From Podarcis tiliguerta (lineage: Eukaryota), in the NCBI GenBank assembly GCA_965153285.1, contig OZ229112.1: a stretch of 64,000 nt of DNA, one strand, 5' to 3'. The notes under the pieces were generated by a model. That model was not told the DNA's origin. It ran no database searches and saw nothing but the letters and a program-made list of their open reading frames with translations. Of the stretch, positions 1 to 12,498 are shown piece by piece (position 1 is the first letter of the stretch; every line of letters begins with the position of its first letter). The position numbers were made by a program, and so were the translations under genes.

Positions 1-707
1 GCTTTGAGTATATCTATTCCTCCCTCTGTGCATTCAAGGTAGCAAGGAGTCTCAGTACAGCAGTGTTCGTCCCCCTTCCGCAGATTATGTTTTCCCCCTT
101 AGGCTGGAAAAACAGGAGGTGTCCTGCGCCTTGCTGTGGCTTTCTTTAATTGATTCTCTCCCCCAGAAGATGGGCTGTCTCTCCCACTCCCGGGACGCTC
201 TCTGGGATCCCTTCGGAGCTTGCTCTCTCCCTCGGACACTGATGGCAGTTCCCTGACACATATTTACCAGAGAGAAGGTTGCATTGAATTCAAGGAGGTC
301 CTATTCCTGCATTGCAAGGAGGTTCCAACTCTGTGATTCTGTGATTCTATGCAGGGGTGAGGAACCGGCAGCCTACCATGTTGGAATCCACCTCCCATTG
401 GCCCCAGTCAGTGCAGGCAGTGGTCAGGGATGAGGGGAGCTGTAGACCAAAACATCTGCAGGGCACCAGCTGGGTACTCCTGCTTTAGATGATGATTTGT
501 ATTGCTTTGGTCACTTCAAAAGGTGGCAAGCTGGCCCAGTTGAGTTTGGGGGCTCGCCAGCAAATTCTGCTGAGTGTGGCCCTCAACCTGTGCTTCACAC
601 TTTGATCTGATGGTACCAGTTGGTGCCAGCCTTCATTCTGCAACTGTACTGTGGTGGTTATAGAAATGGCATGGCATTTGTGCTGCAGTGGGGAGAAATG
701 GATTTTA

Positions 708-968
708 CAGTGGTGCCTTGCAAGACGAAATTAATTCGTTCTGCGAGTGTTTTCGTCTTGTGAATTTTTTCGTCTTGCGAAGCACCACTGTGTATTGACG
801 GTTTCCCATACGAATGCATTGGTTAAAAAAAAAAGGCGCAAGACGTTTTTGTCTTGCGAAGCAAGCCCATAGGGAAATCCGTCTTGCGAAGCAACTCAGA
901 AAACGAAAAACTCTTATGTCTTGCGAGTTTTTCGTCTTGAGAGGCATTCGTCTTGCGAGGTACCACTG
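708..968. mobile_element. Tc1/mariner (Tigger/pogo-like) MITE, CGTCTTGCG-rich family
   Basis: TA|CAGTGGTGCCTTGCAAGACG ... CGTCTTGCGAGGTACCACTG|TA; TIRs with TA duplication; same family at 22534 and 27171. Confidence 0.85.
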
Positions 969-1554
969 TATCTTTAAAGGGCAAAGAAGGAGTAGATAGG
1001 TATTGTTTCACAAAAATGTAAGGGGTGGGGAATGAATTAAACATTTCTAAAACAGCATTGCCATGGTGGAGATGTGCAAGATTGTCTTGCTGACAGCAGT
1101 ACAATGGGTACTATCCAAAGGGAATTTCCCATATGTTCCTCTTGATCCGTGCTGTTTTGTTTGCTAGAAGTTAACAGAAGTATTTGTTATGCTTAGCTTC
1201 ATTCATACTGTCGGTGCTTAATCAGAGCAGCGTCTTAAACTGGATTAAATCTTGGAGTGCTTCCATATTAGCTTTCTTTCAACAGAATGAACAGAAATTA
1301 ATTAGTTAATTAATTTTAATTTAACGATATTTATTTACTGCTTAATGTATTTTTAAATAGCCATCCAAGCTGGTTGCATTAAATAATAGAAAATATACGT
1401 AAGAAAATACAATAATACCAACAGACTTTAAAAAGAAGTAGGCATAATATGAAGATAAAAATGCAGGCAAAACACAATTAACTCACTCAGTTACTCCTGA
1501 GAGTTCAGTTGCCACTCTTCTCAAACAGTTATATTTTGCGGCAGCTGTGGGGAG

Positions 1555-2458
1555 AAAGGCAAATTGCATGCTAGGTATCAGTAACGGAATTGAGTCGAAA
1601 ACTGCTGATATCACAATGCTGTTATGCTGTGTAGTTGGAATACTGTGTACAGCTTTGGTTGTTGTACAATATCAAACATCAAAAATGATATTGTAGAGTT
1701 GGAAAAGGTTCAGAAAAGGGCAAGCAAAATTGTCAAGGGGATGGAGCAACTCCTTGTAAGGAAAGCTTGAACTCACAGATGTCCATGGAGGCGCAGGTCA
1801 ATTCTGTGTCCAGGGCAACTGTGTACCAGCTCCATCTGGTACGCAGGCTGAGACCCTACCTGCCCACAGACTGTCTCGCCAGAGTGGTGCATGCTCTAGT
1901 TATCTCCCGTTGGACTACTGCAATGCGCTCTACATGGGGCTACCTTTGAAGGTGCCTTGGAAACTACAGCTAATCCAGAATGTGGCAGCTAGACTGGTGA
2001 CTGGGAGTGGCCTCCAGGACCATACAACACCAGTCCTAAAGTATCTTCATTGGCTCCCAGTGTGTTTCCAAGCACAATTCAACCTGTTGGTGCTGACCTT
2101 TAAAGCCCTAAACGGCCTCGGCCCAGTATACCTGAAGGAGCATCTGCATGCACATTGTTCAGCCCAGACATTGAGGTCCAGCCCTGAGAGCCTTCTGGCA
2201 GTTCCCTCACTGCGAGAAGTGAGATTACAGGGAACCAGGCAGAGGGCCTTCTCGGTAGTGGCCCCCACCCTGTGGAACATCCTCCCACCAGATGTCAAGG
2301 AAATAAACAACTATCTGACTTTTAGAAGACATCTGAAGGCAGCCCTGTTTAGGGAAGTTTTTAATGTTCGAAGTTTTATTCTGTTTTTAGTGTTCTGCAG
2401 GGAGCTGCCCAGAGTGGCTGGGGAAACCCGGCCTGATGTGCTGGGTATAAATAATAAA

Positions 2459-2511
<53 letters not shown>

Positions 2512-2960
2512 AGCAGTTGGGCCTTTTCAGTTTAGAGAAAAGGTGAATGAGAGGAGACATGGTAGAAGTTTATAAAAATTAAGCATGGCATAGAGAAAGT
2601 GGCTAGAGAAACATTTTTCTCCCTCCCTCATAAGACCAGAACTCGTGAACATTCATTGAAGCTGGTTGTTGGAAGATTCAAGACAGGTAAAAGGAAGTTA
2701 AACTATGGAACTCGTTCCCACAAGAGGCAATGATGGCCACCATCTTGGGTGGCTTTAAAAGAGAATCAGACAGATTTGGGGAGGATAAGGCTATTGGTGA
2801 CTAGTTGCCATAGTAAGTAGATTGGAGGCAGTGACCTTTCTGAATACCCGCTGCTGGAAACTGCAGGAGAGAGCACTCTTGAGTTCTGCTTGTGGGGTCC
2901 CCATAGGCCTTTGCTTGGCCACTGTGAAAATAGGAGACGGTGTTAGATGGGCCACTGGCC
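1555..2960 (+). mobile_element. CR1 LINE 3' fragment, interrupted by an L2-type element
   Basis: Degenerate CR1 ORF2 end (ttggaatactgtgtacag, gagttggaaaaggttcagaaaagggc) at ~1555-1766 resumes at ~2511 (ttttcagtttagagaaaagg...ggaagattcaagacag); similar copy at 31265-31750. Confidence 0.75.
1767..2510 (+). mobile_element. L2-clade LINE 3' fragment with (TTG)n tail
   Basis: ORFs 1767..1949 and 1910..2575 encode L2-type ORF2 C-terminus (VHALVISR/LDYCNALYMGLP, LQLIQNVAARLVTG, LHWLPV, RAFSVVAP) with a frameshift; (TTG)n 2460-2510. Confidence 0.85.
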
Positions 2961-3132
2961 TTCTCTGCATTCAGGGCAGGTGTCTTTCTGTGTGTAGGGT
3001 GGAGACACGTCAATTTCATCACTGCTTTGTTAAGTTTTAAAATTAAGATATTGCAGTGCTGGGGGACACAGATCCTCTCCTTAAGTGTGTTTGTGGGGGA
3101 AGGACCTTCTCCAGGAAGTGGCAATAGCAGTA

Positions 3133-3372
3133 CAGTCGTACCTCGGGTTGAAGTTGCTTCAGGTTGAGTGTTTTCGGGTTGCACTCTGCGGCGACCCGGA
3201 AGTAACGGAACACGTTACTTCCGGGTTGCGCCGCTCGTGCATGCGCAGACGCTCAAAATGATGTCATGCACAGAAGCGGCGAATCGCAACCCGTGCAGAC
3301 GCGGTTTGCGTTCGCTTCAGGATGCGAATGGGGCTCTGGAACGGATCCCATTCACATCCAGAGGTACCACTG
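3133..3372. mobile_element. Tc1/mariner (Tigger-like) MITE
   Basis: TA|CAGTCGTACCTCGGG ... CCAGAGGTACCACTG|TA. Confidence 0.8.
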
Positions 3373-3470
3373 TACTGGTGGTGGCCAATCCAGTCCAGCA
3401 TCCTGTTCCCGCAGCTGCCAACCAGATGCCTGCGGGAAGCCTGCAAACTGGTATTCAGGAGCATGAAGAG

Positions 3471-3780
3471 AGAGCCGGTGTGGTGTAGTGGTTAGAGTGC
3501 TGTGCTAGGACCTGGCAGACCAGAGTTCGAATCCCCACTCAGCTGTGAAGTTCACTGGGTGACCTTGGGCCTGTTGCCATATCTCAGCCTAACCTGCCTC
3601 ACTGGGTTGTAGAACTGTAAAGTTGGAATGTACCCCCCCCCCCAGGCTCATCTAAGTCCAACCCCCTGCAATGTAGGAATCTTAGCTGAAGGTTGGGAGG
3701 ATAAAATAGGGAGGAGGAGAACCGTGTACACCATCTTAGAGGAAAAGGCGGTAAATAAATGCAATAAGTAAATAAATAAA
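3471..3780 (+). mobile_element. tRNA-derived SINE (Squam3-like), with a short internal insertion
   Basis: Box A tggtgtagtggttaga, box B gttcgaatccc, gggtgaccttgggc core, (TAAA)n tail. Confidence 0.7.
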
Positions 3781-4699
3781 GTAATCATGCAAATAACATG
3801 TTTATTTTTTAGCAGTGGCATTTGCAAGGTGGATGCAATTAAGTACAGCTGCCACAGGACAACTACTGTAGCATGAGCCCCTCCTCCCCAAAAAGAGATG
3901 TCATTTGAAACTAAGAAGCTAGCTTCCCCTGAGTTAGGCCACTGGTCCATCTCCCCAGTATTGATTTCTTTTCTGGACCAGGAATGACTCTACAGGATTC
4001 TGGGCACATATCTCCTCCTACATGGTCCTTTTAGCTTGTGATGCATTGAAAGCAGGTGCTCTTAACACATGAGCTATGGTCCACTATCCATCCTGAGGGG
4101 GGAAAACAGCGTGTTGCTCATTTGGAAAGTTGATTGTTGCTTCTGCTTCATTTCTTTTTTGCGCTTAATTATTATCGTTTGCATCCTCTTGCCTGATGGT
4201 TCACTGACCTATATCTGTGTTGCGATTTTCTCCGGAAGGGCAGTTCTGTTCTGTATTATTGCAACGTTGAGCTTGATCTCAGTCTGTCGATTGCATATTA
4301 AAAAAATTTCCTAAAATATATATTTAAGGGGGAGGGGGACAGCAAGCAGCATATGTTCCCAGCTGCAAAATATGGAGCCTCCCACAGCTAAGAAAAATCA
4401 GCACTTTGACACTCTGAAGATTAAGGGAAGACAGCATGAATGGCATGCAATAAATGGGTAGAAACGTTTCCATTTATTGCACTAGAAACTGGTCTTGTGA
4501 TATTACAGATGGCAGGGAGAGGTCATACACAACTGGGATAAGTGTATGCTGGAAATGAAAATGGATTCTACACACTTCTGTCCCAACCTGGCAAATTTGT
4601 GATGGGTTCACCAGCCTTTTCCTGCTGACACAAGTTAGCCATAGCTTGGAGTTCTGCCTTCCTGGTGCAATAAATCCTGCTCTCTGCTTTGCCTTGCAG

Positions 4700-4763
4700 G
4701 TGATGACTGCAGTGACCACTGTAACTTGGCTCATGGAAGCTGTGACGAGGACGGCAAATGCAG
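4700..4763 (+). CDS. DLK2: DLK2 coding exon (EGF1 N-part)
   Basis: ttgcag|GTGATGAC...TGCAG|gtaaag; 64 nt; (G)[20 protein letters not shown](R). Confidence 0.93.
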
Positions 4764-7700
4764 GTAAAGCCATACTTGGGTGCTGTTAAAACAGAGGGCA
4801 GCTCAAACACGGCGTCACTCCAAACCCTGCACATTTTGTGCCAACCACCCCAAGAAGTAGTGTCCTATAAGCTTCTACTCTCAGAGTTGGCCCAATACAT
4901 TTTGCTGCCTGGTGCGACAAAGGACAAGATGGCGTCCCCTCCCATTCAGTGTATAGAAGCTGATTGAACTAGCCATTAGTTTTTATTGCAACACCGGTGT
5001 TGCGACAGCCGTGCCTGAGGACAGCAGGCCGGCCTAGAGGGTGCAAAGTTGGCTGTGTGGCACACACAGATGTTTTCTGCAACCAGGGCCAGCCCACCCA
5101 TGAAGCAAGGGGAGGGGACTGCCTCAGGTAGCAGGATCTGTAGGAACAGCAGATCCAGCCTCTAAGGAATGCGTTGCCCGCTTATGCTGCCACTGCTGCA
5201 ACAGCTGTGGCATGTTTCTTGGAGGTCAAATCTGCTGCCTCCTCAGCAGCACCCCCATGCCACCCCTACAGTGGCCTCTTGTGAATATGAGGTACTGCCC
5301 ATGCCACCCCTACAGTGGCCTCTTGTGAATATGAGGTACTGCTGGCTCACTTGGGAGGAAATGGTGGGTATCTGGTCCACCAAAGGCTGCCCCCTCCCCC
5401 CCACCATTCCCACTTAAACCACCAGGTAAGGTTTATTTTATTTTAAAATAAATATTATTTTTCAGGTTTACAGAGATACAAATCCAATTTTCCCCCAATA
5501 AGCATTTATAGTTTGACTTCCTCCCCCATCCCTTTTGCAGTTTCTTATATTTTATAAAAATTAATACCTTCATTTCCCTCATTATTCCAATTAATGTAAG
5601 GTTGATTTTATTCCCTCCCTTGTTCCCAGTGTAGATCTTCACTCCCCCCTTGCTCCCGATGTAAATTTTTACTCCCCTCTTGTTCCTGATATAGATCTTC
5701 ACTCACCCCTGGATGGGTGGGCGCCATTTTGTTGCTTGCCTCAGGTGTCAAAATGTCTTGGGCCAGGCCTGCTCCAACCCCATGCTGCCACTCCTCCCCA
5801 CCTTCCTGCCTCTGCTGCCTGAGGCAGCTGCTTCATTACTTATAGGTCTGGCCCTGCCGGTTTTTCATCCAAAAGTCCACTTCATAGGTAACATTTTTTT
5901 CTACATTAAAAAAATCTCCATACATGCCAAAACATATGTACATTTTCCTGTGTTAAGTGGGATATTTAAGTTTATCTCACCACCAGTCCATAGATAAGAT
6001 GGCCACTGTGTGCAGCTGTTGTCTGCTTCATGAACAAAAGAGATTGTTTCTCCATATATATCACACTTTCCTAATAGGGATGTTATTTCCATTTATTAAA
6101 AATGTCACATTTGAAGCAACTTGAATGGATGCAATGAACACACTTTATGTTAGCCTTATGAACAAATCAACCAATGTTGCTTGCTCTCATTTAAAGAAAG
6201 CCCCTCCCCTCCAAAAAACTAGAATGGTTGCCCAAATATACCCATGCTGTTCATTTGTGAAAGAAAATTTTGTTGTTGTTGCTAGCCTTTCTAGTTTAGT
6301 TAATCATAGCTAATTCTTACTCACCATAGACAACCAAGCAAGTTGCTATTTACACGTCTGAATCATGGGCTCGGTTTGCATAATCTTGTTTCATTTGCAT
6401 GCTTTCAGTCTGGGAAAAGTGAGTTTATTTCCCCACCTTCGTCTTTTTCACAGCATTTTACAGTGAATGGAAGAGAGTGCTTTGTGTGAGGGTTTTGAAC
6501 CCACTGTGTATCACTGAAGTGTGTGGGTCGTGTCTGAGAGCCAAGGAAGAAGCACAGATCCAAGTTGAAAGAGATTGCTGCAGATAATTGCATATGGATT
6601 TTCTCCATAAACTTGAGGGCTAGAAATTTACTTTGAAATTTAATTAATAGTGATATTTTTCAGGGATCCAAATTCTGGCCCACCCAGAATAATGGAATAT
6701 TTACAGTCCTTTGTTTTGGTAGTCATTTTTAGGGTAGATGTTGACTTGTTTTGCAAAAAATCTCCCTTGAATGGTGAGCATCCTTCTTAATCTGATGGGT
6801 TGTTCTTTTGGTCTCTGGAGAACAGATTATTTAATCCATCTATTTGCATCTGGGCAGAGAGTTCAGTCAACCTGCTATAGGATACTGCAGCCTCAAACAG
6901 CTGCTGAAGAGCAGTGTCAAAGGGCATTGCCCGATCAGCACCTGCTTACACTACTGAAGCTTTGTATTGTTTTTTATGGCATTTTACAGTGCAATAAAAC
7001 ATCCCACATACGACACTCCCCAGAATGGGTGGATAATAGCATTTCAAAAGTTTTATAATTTTATATGACTGTTCTGTGTTACCAGCCAACATTGCACAAG
7101 CTTTCGGATAACATATGCTGATCGCTAGAAGCTGCAGCTAGGAAATACCTGAGCTGCTAGGCTGTTTTTGTCTTTTATTAAATTTACTTTGAATTGCCTA
7201 AATAAAGACCTTGTCTGGAAACCAGGGTTTTCAGCTGAAGACGGGAGAGGCTTTTGCATAGATTCTATTTTAGATCCTACTAAATCCTAGGATTTCAAAT
7301 GGGCTCATTTCCTATGAAACAGCTTAACAGTATCAAAGAAACATGGGTAAGATAACTTGCTACAACACCGCAATAAGTTTCAGACATTATTTTGAGAGTT
7401 TTACAGTTGTAATACAGTACTGTTGCCATCCCTGGGTTGCATGCTTGGAGTAGGCCTCCTTTTCCAACCCAGCGCTGGATTTGGCAGTAGGAAACACATC
7501 CACGCTGCATGCGTCTTGTCCTGGCACACCGTCACTAATACAACAATTTTCAAAGCAAAAAAAAACAGTCATTTACAGAGCAACCCTATATTCACATTAT
7601 GCTGGGGCTGGCAATTTGCCACTGCTGTGTTGGTGCAACAGCCTCTTCATGAAATGCTCAGCCCATGAAGGAAGGGGAAACCACAGCAAATGCATGGTGT

Positions 7701-10700
7701 TGGTGAGGGAGGGAGAGAAAATAGGGAATGGTGCCATCTGAGGGCTCTGCCAGGGCTCATGCCTCAGTCTCTCTCTCCCCCCCCCCCAAGCCATTCACCT
7801 TTGGGAGTTGTAGCAGAACTCTGTGTTTGCGGTGGCTGTTTGTTCTTCTCCTTGCATATGAGCTATGTTCCTACAAAGCAGCTGCAATGGATGCAGAAAC
7901 ACACCTGACATTCTGACAACTATCCGCTCCCATCAAGCACAGATGTTCTTCAGGGCTGGGCAACCTCCCAGATCTTTCCAGATGCTGTTGGATACCAACT
8001 CCCATCAGCCCCAGCCAGTAGCCAGTTGTCAGAGAGGATGTAAGTTGCAGTCCAACAACATCTGGAAGGCTATAGGTTCTTCATTTCTGCACTATAAGAC
8101 GTGTCCCTCTTTCTCTCGCTTACCTGTTCAGAATGCTCTCTCCCTCAATTGTTGGAGAGGAGGTTGGGTGTTTGAACATGGTCCCCTGAGGCAAGGTACC
8201 TGTTAGGGGTCTAGAAGGAGAAGTGTGAGCAGTGTGAGCAAGTTCCCTCGCATGCTCAGGAGATGATGTTTGTGCAAAGTGCCCGCTTTGTGGTCTACCG
8301 GCCAATTTTATCCAGCGTCCGCTGGCTGTTGGGATTGTAACCAAAGAATGGTGCCATAGGTGGCCCCAGCAAAGTCATTTCTTACATTCTTTGACAAGAG
8401 CACATACTCAGGATCACAGACCAGTTGTATTGTGGCTGTTAATAGATACTAGGCATGGACTTATGCTATGCAATTTAGCACACATTGGCTGATGAAGGGG
8501 TTTCTATGTTATATACATGTTTTTTAAGGTAGACCAAAAAGAGGTTGAAGTCAGCCCACCCCTGCCCCACCCTGAAGACACCAGAGACCCAGGACTGATA
8601 GAAAAAGCCTGTGATTGTGTAGTTCAAGATGTACCTCATCTAAGAAGGGCATCTTTCTTCACTGCAGCTGAAGGATGGGGGCAGACGTTGATCTTTCCAT
8701 TGGTCAACAGAGTTGTCCTGTGTAGACCAAATTGGTTTTTTTGTGTGGGGGCCTCACCCTGGACTTTATGTTTTCTGATTTTTATCCCTTCGGCACACCC
8801 ACGGTGGGGTTTTTTAATACAAAGCAGATTTTTAAAACAAAGCAGATTTCTGATTTTTATCCCTTCGGCACACCCACGGTGGGGTTTTTTAATACAAAGC
8901 AGATGCCATTTTTTAATGCTGTATTTCCCCCACTTGGTTTGTGGTTTGTGAAGGGTATACGTCTCGTTTCAGTGATTCCTTTTTTGCAGCTGTGCAAATG
9001 GGCAGCCTGAGCTTGTGCCTCTGCACCACTCCCTCAGAGTGGCAGGAATGTGCAGCCGTGCATTTCTCTGCCATTAAAAGAGAAGAACTCTGTAGGGGAG
9101 GCGCAGAGGAGCAAAATCCCCACCCACAGGTATGGCGCGAAAAAGAAACTACGCCCACGAAACCTGGGCTCAGTCTTTTTGGCACTGACTCACTGATTGC
9201 AGAGTAAACACAGGACTTGCATCTCATTAGTTGCAAGGAACAGAGAGGCATGAGCATAGTATGAATCCCGTGTATCACTGCTTGATCTTTGGTAAGCTTC
9301 AGCACTGGGGAAACCCAGCCAGATGGGTGGGGTGTAAATAATAAATTATTATAGTCTAGTTATAAGTGTGGTGAACAAGGCTTGCCCGTGAGTCATGTCT
9401 TGGTACATCCTTCCATTTTGGTTTTATCTTCCAATATTTTCTCAATATACTTTAAAATATGGGGAGAAAGGTGCTTGATATGTGTGCATTTGCTTAATTT
9501 CACAAAGAAAAAGTAGCCTGCGATATGCCATTGCCAGCAGCCCAGTCTTAGGCAGGTTTACTCAAAAACAGGGCGATGCACTCCTGAGTAAGGGTGTATA
9601 GCAGGGGTGGACAATGTGATGCCTTCGAAAGTTGCTGGACTCCAACTCCCATCAGTTCAAGCCAGCATGGCCAGTGGACAGGGATGATGGGAGTTGTAGT
9701 CCAGCAACATCTTAAGGGCACCACGTTCCCTGCTCTCCTGGACTGCAGCCTTAAGGTTTGGCACCGGCCCATTCCTATTCTCTCTGAAAACAATTCAGGT
9801 GTTACTGGGATAGAAAAGAAACAGTGGTAAAAGCAGAGTTTCCTGCCGACCTTGCACATCAGGTGTACAGCCCAGATTGTCCCTCCTGACCTATGGCAAA
9901 ACCCCAAGGCAAATACCAAGGCTGGAGATTCCTCTGCTGTGCCCACCCACACATTTCTTAAAATAGAGATAATTTTCTCACTGTCCCCAGGCAATCATTA
10001 GACAGGCGGCAATCTTGGCTGGTTGATGCTCTTCACCAAAACTTCTGGTACTCATAAGCCCCACCCCTCCTCTTGCCTTCTGCCCAAAGTGCCTCCATTT
10101 TGCCTCACCCTTGGCTCCATCCCCCTGCTGCTGCTGCTCCCTTCACGAATTCCCCTCTCATTCTTGTGCGAGGTACTTCTTCCTATCATGCCACTGAGAC
10201 CGAAAAGGATCCTGGATCCTGCCTCCACCTATCACCAGGAACAGAGACCGTTGGTGGATCTACACACAGGGGTGCTATAAATAAGTCAGAAATTAAATCA
10301 TTATAACAACCACACACACACACATAAACAAAAAATCACATAGAATATTTTTTTTTGCTCTCTGGCACCATCTGGTGTTGCATGTTATAACGCATTCAAA
10401 ACGTTGTTTTTTGACTAATGCAGCTGAGTCCCATGACTATGAAACGCCAGTCTAATGCCTTGCGATGTTTACTGCACATGGCTTTGTTAGTGCCTTTGCG
10501 TGGTGCCTGCGGTGACGTTCTCCTGCTCTGACTTTCTGGTTTTCCTTCTGCAGGTGTGACAAAGGCTGGGAAGGGGAATACTGTGAACAGTGTGTGAGGA
10601 TGCCAGGCTGCAAGCATGGGACGTGCCACCAACCCTGGCAATGCATCTGCCAAAGTGGCTGGGCTGGCAAGCTGTGCAAGAAAGGTGCGTCACTCCACTT

Positions 10701-12498
10701 GGAACAGGGTGGGGACTTATTGAGGAGAGTGGGGACGACAGGGAAAGGAGGGCACTGCAATAGAAGCTTATTGGGAAGCTGCCTTATACCAAGCCAGAAC
10801 ACATGGGCTGGTACCTGCTCTCCAGAGTTTCAAACAATAGCTTCTGCTGCTGATGTCTTGAAAGGCTGAAACTCGGGTCCTCTGCATACACAACACGTTC
10901 ACTACCGACAAATGATGCCATTTCCAAACTACAGCAATTCAGCCTTAACAGAAGAACCGCACAGCCTTATTAACAGCAGTAATTCGGCCGTCTTCCCATT
11001 TTCTGCTTTGAGGCCTCCCTGGAGAAAACAACTACTTTTGCCATTGACTCGAATACTTGTGGAGGGGAGGTGTCTGGCATGAAAAACCAGCCCTGAGTAC
11101 TTTTGACCTGCATTTTCTCCTCCTCTTTCTCCCCATCTCTTTCAGACGTGCATGTCTGTGAGCACCAGACCCCGTGCCAGAATGGAGCCCAGTGCGTCTA
11201 CGACCGAGATGGGGAATATTCTTGCCTGTGCCTTGAAGGATTCCATGGAAAGAACTGTGAGCTGAAGACGGGGCCGTGTGATAAGGCAGGGTGAGAGATC
11301 CTAGCAGAAATAGATGGGAGGAAAGGCAGGGGCAAGGAGCAAAACCTTTTAAAGGCTCCAGTCCTTTGCCTAGGAGTAAGTCCCATTAAGCTCAGTAGGG
11401 CTTACCTCTGAGTGAACGCCTATAGGATCAGCCATAAAAGGCTTTAAAATGCACCATTTCACGAACAAGGATTTCAAGGCAGCGTTCAGTTTTATGATGA
11501 CTTTTTGTTGTTATTTTTTCCTGTGTGGCTTAATTTTACATGCACCTTTTACGTGCACTTAGAAGCCACTTAGAGTGGCTGGGGCAACATAGTCAGATGG
11601 GTGGAGTACAAATAATAAAATAATAACTGTTATTAGAAATGCTAACGGTTAAGGGGTATTTAAACAGATGAATAAAATGTAGGACGGCCCATATGGGTGT
11701 TGTGATTGCTCCCCATTTTCTCCTTTCAGGTCCCCTTGCAAGAATGGCGGAGAGTGCCTGGACCAGAACGGCTTTGCTAACAACTACACCTGCAAGTGCC
11801 TGGCAGGATTCATTGGCACCCACTGCGAGATTGACGTCGACGACTGCCTGATGCGCCCCTGTGCCAACGGTGCCACCTGCCTCGACGGCATCAACCGCTT
11901 CTCCTGCCAATGCCCCACTGGCTTTGAAGGGCGTTTCTGCAGCATCAACGTTGACGACTGCGCCAGCCAGCCGTGCAGAAATGGGGCAAAGTGCTACGAC
12001 CGCGTCAACGATTTCGATTGCCTGTGTCCCGAGGGCTTTGTCGGCAAGACCTGTGAGCTCCTTGCTCCGGAGCCGACGTGGGTCACCGCGTTTCACCCTG
12101 ATCCCAAGGGGCACGGCAACGACGTCGTGAGAAGCACGGCCAGCAGCAACCCTTGGACAACCCAGTCTGAGCCCGTCCGGGTTGTGGTGACTGGGAAGCG
12201 GGTCACTACCTATAGTGAGAAATCAAACGGGGGAGGGCTCTTGATCTCCGTGAAAGAGGTGGTGACTCAGCAGGACTCGGGGCTGAGTCAGTCGCAGCTG
12301 ATTTTAGTGCTGGTGTTTGGGCTGCTCACGGCCCTCCTAGTCTTGGTAACTGTGTTGGTGCTGCTGAAGAACTGGCAGAGGGGGCGCCGGAGGTGCCAAA
12401 GCCCCTCACAGTCTGCAAGGAAACTCCAGGACCAAGAGTGCCAAGTGGGCATGTTGAGTACGGTCTTGATAGAACCCAGGAAAACGACTGAGCTGTAA
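4700..12498 (+). CDS. DLK2: Protein delta homolog 2 (DLK2/EGFL9), 5'-partial; coding exons 4700-4763, 10554-10684, 11146-11290, 11730-12498 (signal-peptide exon not found, presumably upstream of the window)
   Basis: Exons have AG/GT boundaries with consistent phases and translate to [22 protein letters not shown] / [43 protein letters not shown] / [17 protein letters not shown]... / [16 protein letters not shown]...; six EGF repeats, TM helix ([23 protein letters not shown]), DQECQV motif and C-terminal KTTEL typical of DLK2; adjacent to ABCC10 as in human. Confidence 0.96.
5084..5856. mobile_element. hAT-like non-autonomous element with nested repeats
   Basis: CAGGGCCAG...CTGGCCCTG termini; contains 44-bp tandem duplication (5254-5342) and ~30-bp minisatellite (5610-5710). 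Confidence 0.45.
8772..8903. repeat. Local tandem duplication (~57-bp identical block, period ~75 bp)
   Basis: tttctgatttttatcccttcggcacacccacggtggggttttttaatacaaagcagat occurs twice. Confidence 0.9.
10554..10684 (+). CDS. DLK2: DLK2 coding exon (EGF1-2)
   Basis: ctgcag|GTGTGAC...AAAG|gtgcgt; 131 nt; [20 protein letters not shown]. Confidence 0.95.
11146..11290 (+). CDS. DLK2: DLK2 coding exon (EGF3)
   Basis: tttcag|ACGTG...GCAGG|gtgaga; 145 nt. Confidence 0.95.
11730..12498 (+). CDS. DLK2: DLK2 last coding exon (EGF4-6, TM, cytoplasmic tail)
   Basis: tttcag|GTCCCCTTGC...; open to TAA at 12496-12498; matches ORF 11851..12498. Confidence 0.96.

Noticed and set aside
1910-2575. 221-aa ORF with a poly-Val run as a host gene
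   Set aside because: It is an L2-type LINE ORF2 remnant reading into its (TTG)n tail.
3471-3545. tRNA genes here and at ~19833 and ~21479
   Set aside because: tRNA-like heads of SINEs followed by SINE bodies and tails; no full cloverleaf.
11593-12114. 173-aa antisense ORF over the DLK2 last exon
   Set aside because: Shadow frame of a GC-rich coding exon; no independent support.
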